Source: Spirochaetota bacterium (lineage in GTDB: Bacteria > Spirochaetota > UBA4802 > UBA5550). Taken from it: a stretch of 64,000 nt of DNA. The stretch lies in the NCBI GenBank assembly GCA_963663865.1, contig OY760686.1, positions 1,152,001 to 1,216,000 on the forward strand, read 5' to 3'. Shown here piece by piece: positions 20,022 through 29,200 of this stretch. A program made the position numbers and the translations under genes. The notes beneath the pieces were generated by a model. That model worked only from the letters and a program-made list of their open reading frames with translations, was not told the DNA's origin and made no database searches. How positions within the stretch are numbered: the first letter of the stretch is position 1; each line of letters begins with the position of its first letter.

Positions 20022-22862
20022 TTATAGTCTGCATACTCCGTCCGAGCATTGCGCGTCTTTATTCGATACGGCTGAATACTCCGCGCTGCCGCTGTCTCTG
20101 CTCGGGCTGTACGGCGGAATCAGGTCAATGCCCAATTCTGAGCCGTTCCCCATGACGCTGTAGTTGCCGGCTCCCCTTGATTTAAGCTCGCCTTTTTTTG
20201 ACTTGTTCCAGTCATGAATAACGCTGAAGTATCCAACAATCCTTGATATTCCGTCCACATCCGCGCTTCCGCACTGCTCGCACTTTTCAATTAGCCCGCG
20301 CATTTCGTGATGGCACTGGTTACAGTAAGTGAACTCAGGGCTGATTGTAAGCTGAGCCGATTGGGTCCTGAAGAAGGTATTCTTAACCAGTCTGAATATG
20401 CTTTCTGATGAAGGTCTCTCTTCTCCGACAAACGCGTGCGTAATGGCGCCAGACTCAATCAGTCCGTGGAATAGTCCCTGAATCCTGATTCTCTCAACAA
20501 GGCTTACATTCGAGTCAGCCGACAGGTGTATCGAGTTGGTGTAGTAGATTGTGTCATTATCAAGGCCGCCCTTAACGATGTCATTAGCGTGTTGCGGGAA
20601 GTATATCATGTCAGTCTTTGCAAGCCTTCTGGCTGCGCTCTCTGCCGGCGACTCCTCAAGGGTGAACTTGAGGCCGAACCTTTCCGTGTACTCTCTTAAC
20701 TTAACATTCATTGAAGCTACAATCCTGATTGCAAGCTTAACGGCCTCCGGTGATTCATGCATTTCGAGTCCGGTAATGAACTTGACCGCGTCGTTGACGC
20801 CGATCAGGCCGACAATGTATGTAGCGGACTCAAGGTCGACGTACTTAGTACCGTCGGAGCATTCCTTGCCAATCTGCCAGAGGGGGCCTCCCTTCTGCAT
20901 CATCTTTTCTCCGACGAATTTTTTCTTCAGAAGGTGGGCTTCAATGGCCATGTCCATGGATTCGTAGACTTTTTCAATCAGGCCGTCAATGGTTCTGTTC
21001 CCTTCTTCCGCAGCGAGGTATGCCGCGTGTGGAATGTTGATGGTAACGTTCTGGAAGCCGCAGAAGCGCATGCTTTCAGGGTGCATCAGCATGTAGTTGT
21101 CGTTGATCGTTGTTCTCAGCCTGCAGCAGGCTGAAAGCGTTACCTGATCGCGGTCGAAGATAAAATAGACCGACCCGTTCCTGGACGCTACTTCGCATGC
21201 CCTCCTCAAGATGGCAAGCTGTTTCGGATCGGTGAAGGATTCGGCGCTTACGTGGAAATCGCATTTCGGGAACTCGAATATTCTTCCATTACGGTCACCC
21301 TTTTCCCAGACTTCAAGCATCTTGACCGCGAACTCACCTGCGATATCCTCGTAGTCTCCGTAGGTTACGATTCTCTCTCCGGCCCCGGCCAGATCTTTTT
21401 CAACAGCTGAATCGTAGACAATCTGGCCGCTTTGGTCGAGGACCTCTTTGAGCACGGTCCTTTCGCCGTATTTGAGCTCCATCAGGCTGTATCCGTTTGC
21501 TGTTTTGACGCCGGTGCTGTATTCGTCAAGGAAGACCTTAACTCCGTCGGCAATCATCAGCATGTAGCGTCCTCCTGCTCCGATAGCCGGCACCTTCTTC
21601 ATGTACTCAGGTACGCCTGAGTGGATGTTGAAGTCGAGGAAGATGCTCTGTCCTCCTCTCGAGAAAGCGTTCTGAGAGCCGTTGAATATGAGCTCCTGTG
21701 CCCTCTGGTACAGCTCTTTTCCTGATAGGCCCTCAAGAAGCGGAGCGTAAAGGATGTTGATATACGCAACCCCGAGCGCGCCGGCATAGTATGCCTGCAT
21801 TGAGGCAAGGAAGGTGTTAAGGTGTCCGGTAAGCACCTGGGCCGATTTCGCAGGGTCGGATTCGCTTGTCAGGTTGACCAGGCCTTTGAGGCCGTATTTC
21901 TTGATATACTCGATGGAGTGTGACGAACAGTAGACCCTGTCAGGAAAGCCCAGGTCGTGGATGTGGATTCGTCCCGTAGCGTGAGCCCTTTCGAGCTCTT
22001 CGCCGAAGAGAAAGCGCAGGGCATACTGCTTCAGCACAATCTCGCCGATTGTCTGAGTAACCGCCTCAGGATTGTTGTTTTTGATATTGCTGTTCTCATC
22101 GGATTTTGAGAAGAGAAGGCCCTCGAGAACGGGCTTTGATATGGAGAACTGTGCTGTGTTTTTAAGTGAATCGTGATGGCCGCGCTCCTCGAGCTCATTG
22201 TTGACCATCTCACGTACAAGGGCAGTGCTGATGGTTGATCCGTTCCAGGCGAATGCCCGGTTCTCAACTGATTTTGCTATGCTCCGTGACTGTTCATAGC
22301 CGAGCGTGGTTTCCTTCTGAAGCGCTTCGATTATACGGGACTTGTCCCAGGGAAGAGTCATGTTTTCGGTAGTCGATTCTACAAGCAGAAGCGCGTCTGT
22401 CGAGTCTGGTCTGCCGGCTTCAAGCTTCGTCCTGATTTTGATCTGGTTTCTGATATTCTCACGTTTCTTTCTGTAGAGCTTGAAATATCTCATTACGTCG
22501 TGGTATCCGTTTTGGGACAGGATAATTTCAACGAGGTCCTGCATGTCCTCAATCATAGGAACCCGCGATCCTTCCTTTTCAGCGACGTAGTAGGGGGAGT
22601 TGATGTTGTTAAGCTCCTCTATTACTCTGCGGGTTATCTCTCCGGAGTCTGGAATGCCGCTCTGGGCCTGCAGATCGGCCTTTACCTTTTCTGAAGCCTT
22701 CTCAATTGCAGTGGATATCTTTACTGCGTTGAAAGGCACAATCTGCCCGTCCCGCTTCATGAATCCGTCAAAGCCGTAGCTGCGTCCGTCTGGATTGATT
22801 GAATTGTTACTATTGTGTTCCGGGTTTTTCTGTAATGGTTTTTCGTTCAGTTTAACGTTCAT
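20022..22862 (-). CDS. nrdD: Class III anaerobic ribonucleoside-triphosphate reductase with two ATP-cone-like domains
   Basis: IHIHDL, YC, SACCRL, ESPAES, YYTNS, Zn-binding CxxC...CxxC and the glycyl-radical motif RIVGY. Confidence 0.95.
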   Translation of the reverse strand: MNVKLNEKPLQKNPEHNSNNSINPDGRSYGFDGFMKRDGQIVPFNAVKISTAIEKASEKVKADLQAQSGIPDSGEITRRVIEELNNINSPYYVAEKEGSRVPMIEDMQDLVEIILSQNGYHDVMRYFKLYRKKRENIRNQIKIRTKLEAGRPDSTDALLLVESTTENMTLPWDKSRIIEALQKETTLGYEQSRSIAKSVENRAFAWNGSTISTALVREMVNNELEERGHHDSLKNTAQFSISKPVLEGLLFSKSDENSNIKNNNPEAVTQTIGEIVLKQYALRFLFGEELERAHATGRIHIHDLGFPDRVYCSSHSIEYIKKYGLKGLVNLTSESDPAKSAQVLTGHLNTFLASMQAYYAGALGVAYINILYAPLLEGLSGKELYQRAQELIFNGSQNAFSRGGQSIFLDFNIHSGVPEYMKKVPAIGAGGRYMLMIADGVKVFLDEYSTGVKTANGYSLMELKYGERTVLKEVLDQSGQIVYDSAVEKDLAGAGERIVTYGDYEDIAGEFAVKMLEVWEKGDRNGRIFEFPKCDFHVSAESFTDPKQLAILRRACEVASRNGSVYFIFDRDQVTLSACCRLRTTINDNYMLMHPESMRFCGFQNVTINIPHAAYLAAEEGNRTIDGLIEKVYESMDMAIEAHLLKKKFVGEKMMQKGGPLWQIGKECSDGTKYVDLESATYIVGLIGVNDAVKFITGLEMHESPEAVKLAIRIVASMNVKLREYTERFGLKFTLEESPAESAARRLAKTDMIYFPQHANDIVKGGLDNDTIYYTNSIHLSADSNVSLVERIRIQGLFHGLIESGAITHAFVGEERPSSESIFRLVKNTFFRTQSAQLTISPEFTYCNQCHHEMRGLIEKCEQCGSADVDGISRIVGYFSVIHDWNKSKKGELKSRGAGNYSVMGNGSELGIDLIPPYSPSRDSGSAEYSAVSNKDAQCSDGVCRL

Positions 22863-22866
22863 ATAC

Positions 22867-23319
22867 TTACTTCCTCAAAAGATTTTTTATTTCCTGCTCA
22901 AATGTCTCCACGTCCTTGAAGTCTTTATAAACCGACGCGAAGCGGATATATGCGACCTTGTCCAGGCTCCTGAGCTCTTCAATTATCAGGTTGCCTATTG
23001 AACCAGATTCGATTTCTTTTTCGTATTGCTTTCTGATGATGGTCTCTATGGTGTCAACGGTGCTTTCAATCTGGTCAGCGCTTACCGGCCTTTTTTCTGT
23101 TGCTTTCAGTATGCCTCTGAGAATTTTTTCTCTGTCAAATGGCTCCCTTTTTCCGTCTTTCTTGACAACCATGAGATTTCCCATCTCTATTCTTTCGTAT
23201 GTTGTGAATCTCTTGTCGCATTCAAGGCAGATTCTGCGCCTTCTTATTGTATTGGCCCCAGATTTCTCTCTTTTGTCGACTACCCTGTGAGAATGTGAAC
23301 CGCAAAATGGACATTTCAT
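22867..23319 (-). CDS. nrdR: Transcriptional repressor NrdR
   Basis: MKCPFC, IRRRRIC..C..RFTTYE, ATP cone and VAYIRFASVY. Confidence 0.97.
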   Translation of the reverse strand: MKCPFCGSHSHRVVDKREKSGANTIRRRRICLECDKRFTTYERIEMGNLMVVKKDGKREPFDREKILRGILKATEKRPVSADQIESTVDTIETIIRKQYEKEIESGSIGNLIIEELRSLDKVAYIRFASVYKDFKDVETFEQEIKNLLRK

Positions 23320-23374
23320 CTCTCTTTCTCCTGAATAAATCTTCGGAATTTGGCAGTATAAGTCAAACAAAAAA

Positions 23375-23421
23375 ATACAATATCTTGTGTAATAATGAAA
23401 AAATAACGCTATATGTTGTGT
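23375..23421. promoter_or_regulatory. Tandem NrdR boxes
   Basis: ATACAATATCTTGTGT (23375-23390) and ACGCTATATGTTGTGT (23406-23421) fit acaCwAtATaTwGtgt, start 31 bp apart, and lie upstream of nrdR-nrdD. Confidence 0.85.
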
Positions 23422-23589
23422 ATAGTTCTTTTTTAATATTATGTCTCTAATATTTGTTTAAATTGTAAACAAAATTGTATCCCAGGGTATGTATGAAAGA
23501 ATTATGTATTGCAATTTTTTATATCAGATTTATAGATGCTCAGCTTTCACGGGTTATTTTTATCTCCAATGTGAGTGAAATGATTCATT

Positions 23590-24261
23590 ATGTTCGATAA
23601 AAACGAATTTTCTTCTATTAATGTGGAAGGATTAGACTCTCTCCTGTCAGTTTACGATGAACTTGAAGCAGCTAACACCAGACAAAGAAACGGGTACGGA
23701 TTTGGCTGCCTTGAAGGGTGCTCGATATGCTGCGGCACATCAGCTTTGAACATTGAGGCTACGGTTTTCGAGCTTGTACCCCTTGCCCTGTATCTGCATG
23801 GTGCAGGACTGACAGATCACTTCTACTCTGTTATTACGGGCCGGGGATTTGACTCTTCCTGCGTAATGCATTCCCCCGGCGATCAGGTCTTTACCGGGTC
23901 GGGGTGTTCGGCCTACAGATGGAGGCCGCTTGTCTGCCGTCTGTTCGGATATTCCGCGGTGAGCGGCAGAGATGGGCGTGCCAGGTTCTCAGCCTGCCGT
24001 GTCATGAAAGAGCGCTACCCTGGAATAGCTGACAGAATGAACACCCTGCTTGAGGCAGATTGCGGAATTCCCGTAAACAGCGAGGTAGGCATGCGAGTCT
24101 GTCAGCTCAATCCTGCGCTTGCCTCGAAACGTTACGGTATTAATGAAGCGCTGTTCAGAGCGATAGAGTTTATCGGATTGCGCATGCGCTACGCGGCTGA
24201 GTCGGACAATACGCTTAATGATATTCCACCAATACTTCCTGACGGAGAGAGAAGCGCATGA
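23590..24261 (+). CDS. YkgJ-family cysteine-cluster (putative Fe-S/Zn) protein
   Basis: CLEGCSICC and CSAYRWRPLVCRLFG. Confidence 0.85.
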   Translation: MFDKNEFSSINVEGLDSLLSVYDELEAANTRQRNGYGFGCLEGCSICCGTSALNIEATVFELVPLALYLHGAGLTDHFYSVITGRGFDSSCVMHSPGDQVFTGSGCSAYRWRPLVCRLFGYSAVSGRDGRARFSACRVMKERYPGIADRMNTLLEADCGIPVNSEVGMRVCQLNPALASKRYGINEALFRAIEFIGLRMRYAAESDNTLNDIPPILPDGERSA

Positions 24262-24284
24262 GGTTTTGCCCGGGAGTCTGAGGG

Positions 24285-25169
24285 TCAGTCACTGGTGAGG
24301 GGCTTTATCCTGCCGAACCTGAAGATGAGATAACCCGCTGCGGTAATGAGCGCGTAGCCTGCGGCACTGTAACTGTCGGGAATTTCAGAGAAAACCGCCA
24401 TTCCGATAAGGCTTGAGAAAATTACGTTGGTATAGTTGTATATGGAGATTTCTCCAGCGGGCGCCAGACGGTAAGCGACTGTGAGTGAGAACTGTCCGCC
24501 TGCCGCGGCGAAGCCGGCTCCAATGAGGTAGATGAACTGAAGGGGTCTCGGCATTACAAAGCCTGCCGCCGCGGGCGGAAGCGTTATCAATGTCGATACC
24601 ATCGAAAACCAGAAGACTATCGTATAGCTGTTTTCTTTCCCACCGAGGTAGCTTACAAAGACATAGGCAAGGCCCGCGAACACAGCTGAGAGGAAGCATA
24701 TTACCGCCGGAAATGTCTGTCCGAAGTCAAAGCCCGGTTTGATAATGAGAGCTGAACCGAGTAGCGCGATAAGAAGAGCGGCCATCTGGTTGATGGAGAT
24801 TTTTTCTTTCAGGAAAAAGAATGCAAAAACTGACACAAAAAAAGGATGCATTTTATTCAGCATGCCTGAGTCCGCGAGTATAAGCCTGTCTATCGCGTAA
24901 AAGTAGAAGATTACGCCGATCGTTCCGAAGATGCCTCGTCCGAGCAGAGCCAGTCTGTTCTGCGGGCTGCCCCATGGGCTTTGCCGCTGCTTGGCTAAAA
25001 GTATTACCGCAATGATGAGGCTGACAAGGTTTCTGAAGAAGGCCTTCTCAAATACCGGGATGGGGCCTGACAGCTTGACGAAAGCGCCCATCGCGGCAAA
25101 GCTTAGCGATGAGAGCAGCATCAGGGTGACTGCTTCGGCTTTTTGTTTTGCGGGATTATAGGTGTTCAT
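24285..25169 (-). CDS. DMT/EamA family transporter
   Basis: About 10 TM segments, FFRN, FLKEKI and FSEIP. Start uncertain (25169 or 25196). Confidence 0.9.
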   Translation of the reverse strand: MNTYNPAKQKAEAVTLMLLSSLSFAAMGAFVKLSGPIPVFEKAFFRNLVSLIIAVILLAKQRQSPWGSPQNRLALLGRGIFGTIGVIFYFYAIDRLILADSGMLNKMHPFFVSVFAFFFLKEKISINQMAALLIALLGSALIIKPGFDFGQTFPAVICFLSAVFAGLAYVFVSYLGGKENSYTIVFWFSMVSTLITLPPAAAGFVMPRPLQFIYLIGAGFAAAGGQFSLTVAYRLAPAGEISIYNYTNVIFSSLIGMAVFSEIPDSYSAAGYALITAAGYLIFRFGRIKPLTSD

Positions 25170-25313
25170 GGTATTTTTATGATTGATCAAGCCCATCTTG
25201 CCGGTTGATTTGGTGCTGCATTTTTTTTAGAATATCGCCGCAGTTTGCCCGGCAGATAAATCAGTGATAATATCGATTTTTTAGTGACTGGAGGATTCGT
25301 CAATGAATTTTCT

Positions 25314-25660
25314 GGCAGGGAGCCTGCCTGGCTTTTTCACACTGGGAGTGTGAGGCCTTTTTTTAGTCACTTTCGTCCGGGTTTTTTGCCGCAGGCTTTA
25401 ACTCGCTCAGCTGTGCGAGACGCATTTTTGGCAGGAAGCCTGCCGTCATTTACACGCTGAGAGCGTGGCACTTCTTTTGCCGCTTTTTGACCGGCCAAAA
25501 AGCGGCGGGAAAAAGCCGTTCCTCAGGCGCCGGAAAGGCTTGGCTTTTGCAATTACCTGTCTGTTGCAGCGCCGTTATCATCATCCTGATGAAACGGCAC
25601 CCGGGCGATTTGCATCCATGCAAATCGCACTGGTTGAGTTGTTGAAACAGGGTGCATACA
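25314..25660. repeat. Multi-hairpin mosaic repeat, copy B
   Basis: 25331-25406 is nearly identical to 36801-36887 region. 25449-25652 is nearly identical to 41440-41645. Confidence 0.88.
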
Positions 25661-25827
25661 TAGTCTTTCCATCCCCATGATGTTTTGATATTCTGTTTCG
25701 GTATCGGGTTTTGTTATTAAAACGTACGGCATCAGAGAAAATGAAAAAAATTGCATTGGAATATAAAATAATTCACGGCCGAAGGATATGGGACGTGTAA
25801 CTAATAGATATCAAAGGGTAACGATAC

Positions 25828-25904
25828 AACTGGAACATAAACGGTATTGAAACGGTGTACGACTGGAGCAGTAACGGAGATATAACGGAGTAGTAACGGA
25901 GCTG
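25828..25904. repeat. Degenerate 11-bp-period tandem repeat (about 7 units, core AACGG/ACTGG)
   Basis: aactggaacat aaacggtattg aaacggtgtac gactggagcag taacggagata taacggagtag taacggagctg. Confidence 0.6.
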
Positions 25905-26067
25905 TAGATGTTAACATGAGGCCGTGAGGGAGCAAAAATGCCCGGGACGTTTTTGCATTGTCAGCTGTTGTTGTGAGAAGCCGGGGGATTTTTCCAACAA
26001 GCGGGTGAAGATATCTATGCATTATGGCATATTACGTAATAATATTGATCTAACCGTCATTATGTTC

Positions 26068-26114
26068 CGGCACCCGGTAGAGCCGCCCAATTTGGGCAGC
26101 TCTACCGGGTGCCG
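26068..26114. repeat. Extended GTAG-type REP palindrome
   Basis: cggcacccgGTAGAGCCGCCCAA-T-TTGGGCAGCTCTACcgggtgccg, with the same core as 11376-11404 and 41686-41714. Confidence 0.85.
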
Positions 26115-26221
26115 TATTGTGCAGGTATATCTACGCAGGGAACGGTCGAGACTGTTCCGCATCATCCACCAAGACTACATCGAGTCATCCATGGTATAAA
26201 AAGAAAAGCAGCGAGAAAAGC

Positions 26222-26250
26222 TTGACATTAAGAATTGTACTGGTTATGAA
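26222..26250 (+). promoter_or_regulatory. Putative sigma70 promoter of the RHS gene
   Basis: TTGACA-N17-TATGAA, with GAGGAG RBS at 26268-26273 and ATG at 26281. Confidence 0.45.
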
Positions 26251-26280
26251 TTTCTCACATACCATTTGAGGAGCCGGCAG

Positions 26281-29200
26281 ATGAATATTATTCAAGCCCT
26301 TTCAAGCCCTTTCAAGCCCTTTCAAGCCCTTTCTGATTATTCTTATGTTATCATTTTTCATTATCTGTGCAGATAATATTTACGCGAACCACGCGGTCAA
26401 TCCCGACGGGTCTTTCGCCTATAGCATTCCAATTGAGGTCCCGCCCGGAACGAATGGAATAGCCCCTTCGCTTTCTCTTACATATAACTCAAACGCCGGC
26501 AACGGAATCTGCGGTGTCGGGTGGCAGCTTTCCGGACTGCCGTACATTACGCGCGACAGTACCTATCCTGTAAACTATGACGGGTTTGACCATTACACAG
26601 GGCCTGCCGGACGGCTGGTAAATATCGGCGGCAGCGTCTATCATTACGAGGATGAGAACTTCTGCAGGGTGGAGGCACATGGTTCTTATGGCGACGGCCC
26701 TGAGTACTGGGTAGAGACAAAGCCTGACGGGACGAAGTATTATTACGGATATAACAGCGGGGAATGCGACTTCGGTTCCAGCTATCGTTCAAAGATATCA
26801 ATGGTAAAAGGCAACGGATCTATAACTTCTAATACAAGGGTCTGGGCCCTGTCAAAGGTTCAGGATATTAACGGAAATTATTACAGCATCAAATATACCC
26901 AGTCAAATGGCCAGTTTTACCCTGAGGAAATTATTTATACCGGAAATGTCGTAACAGATTACGATGTCCGCCGGTCAGTTGAGTTCGATTACGAATCAAG
27001 GACAGACGATATTGCTGATTATTCATCCTCATCAAGAGTCGAGACATATAACAGATTGAAAAGCATAACGGTAAAGCTTGACGGAGATGAGGTCAGGAAA
27101 TACACTCTTTATTACTCAAGCACTTCATCCTATGGAGGGCTTAGAAGCCGTATTGCCAATGTTGCCGACAGCGGTCTGCCTGCGGGAGAAAATTTTTACA
27201 GCTTCAGCTGGACAAACTCGCCTGTATCTTACAACTCTTATTATGGAAATCTGAACTACGATACTGAGAATATTGGTAATTCCTATTTTGGCGATTATGA
27301 TGGTGACGGCAAGCTCGATTACATGATAAAAAACGGCGCCTCCCTGAAGGTTTTCAAATTTAACGGATCAGGCTGGGTTGATATCGGACAGTACTCGGGT
27401 GTCGGTTATGTTTATAATATGATGGTGGATGTGAACGGCGATAATAGATCAGATCAGATAATGCCAACTATGGATTTCTCTCAGGCAGATTACAATTTTC
27501 ATTTCTATCATACAATCAGGTATGCCGGTTCCGGGACACTGGAGAATGTCACTTTCGGCAATGACGCTTATACGGCAAGTGCTGTTACGGTTGATGCCAG
27601 AGTGCGCTACGTTGATGTCAACGGGGACGGGAAATGTGATATAGTGTATAGAGACGCGAATAATAACCACAAATTCCTGTATCGGACTGAACCCGGTCAG
27701 GGGAATTATCCTCAATCCGGGGGGAACTGGAGGCTGGGGACAAGCGTGCAATTCCCGAGCGGGAGCACGGATTCCGGATCTGATTATCCCTGTTTCACAT
27801 ACACTGACGCTACAGGTGATGGGAAAGCTGATATTGTATTTATAAAATACGATCCAGTATCGGGGACAGTTAAAGCAAGGGTTTGTGTAAACAAGGGCTC
27901 AGGATGGCAAGAGAGCTTTACAGCTTATTCATTTCCATCGAGTTATTCTACGATATCTGACAGATATACTGTTACAGACATGAACGGAGATGGACTGACG
28001 GATATTGTTTACAGAAATGATAACAATCAGCATTATATTTATTCAAGCACAGGGACTTCATTCAGGCAGAGCGCGTACACGGATATTTTGGGAACTGAAT
28101 CGGATTCAGCTTATTATAACTACTATGATATGAATGGCGACGGTTGGACGGACATTGTTGCCATGAATTCCTCTGGGAATTTTACAATAGCTCTGGCAAA
28201 GTCTGTCATAGGCAAAAACTGGACCACTGTAAGCAAATCTCTGGGGAACGGAGATAAGGAAAGGTACCGGTTTGGAGATTTCAACGGAGACGGCCGGGTT
28301 GATATTTTATATATCAACAAATCATCAGATCAATTAGTGCTCGGGACTTCATTTTGTAAGGCAATAGAGAAGATTTCTACAGCGACTCCGCCGAATCAGA
28401 CATTAACGAGTGTTGTTTATGAGCTTCCGACAACCATGACAGATAATATTGATGATTGGGTTGCTGACAGTGCTTTATATTTGTCGGGAGGGAGCGGTAA
28501 ATTTATGCCGGATAATACCCCGAGGAGCCTGATATAAGCGTGTGTTATGAGCCGGATTATAGAAAAATAAGTTCAACAGTTTACTCATATCACAACGGAC
28601 TGATAAAGAAGGGATTGCCATATGAGAGGAAGAGTGTCGGATTTGAAAGAGTTGCGTCCAGAATGGGGGATGGAACCTATGCAAGGAATGATTATATTCA
28701 GACAGGGCTTTCGTTTCCCGGAAGAATGGCATACCATTATGAGTTTAGCTCCGAAAGACAGACAATTAGTCGAAAGTATTATACGTATCTGGAGGAGACG
28801 CCGTATTCCGGAGTGAAGTGGATTAAGACGGATTCTGAACTCAGTCATGACTATGAATCAGGAGTAGCTGTTTCAAATATTCTGAGAGAATATGGCTACG
28901 ACGAAGGCGATAGTGGTTGTTATGGTAACGTAACTTCAATAGCGATGAGTGTCAACGGTAATGATGGACTATATACGGAGATATCTTACAGTCCGAATCA
29001 ATCGGACTGGATAATTAACCGGGTAATATCGGTAAAGAAATGGGAGAACAGCAGCTGCGCCAATCTTATTTCATGGTCGAGCTTTGGTTACGATAATTAC
29101 GGATGGGGAGGAAATATCAAGACGAAGGCAGATTACCTGAAGGAAGGTACGAGCTGGAGGGCTATTGAAAGAAATTTTGGATATGATGATTACGGAAATA

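Noticed and set aside
21367-21570. Intein in nrdD
   Set aside because: The insertion is too short and lacks an N-terminal C/S and a C-terminal HN followed by C/S/T.
25572-25597. Hammerhead ribozyme suggested by CTGATGA..AAAC in mosaic copies B, C and D
   Set aside because: CTGATGA is the 3' arm of a simple hairpin (TCATCA-tcc-TGATGA) with no stem II before a GAAA.
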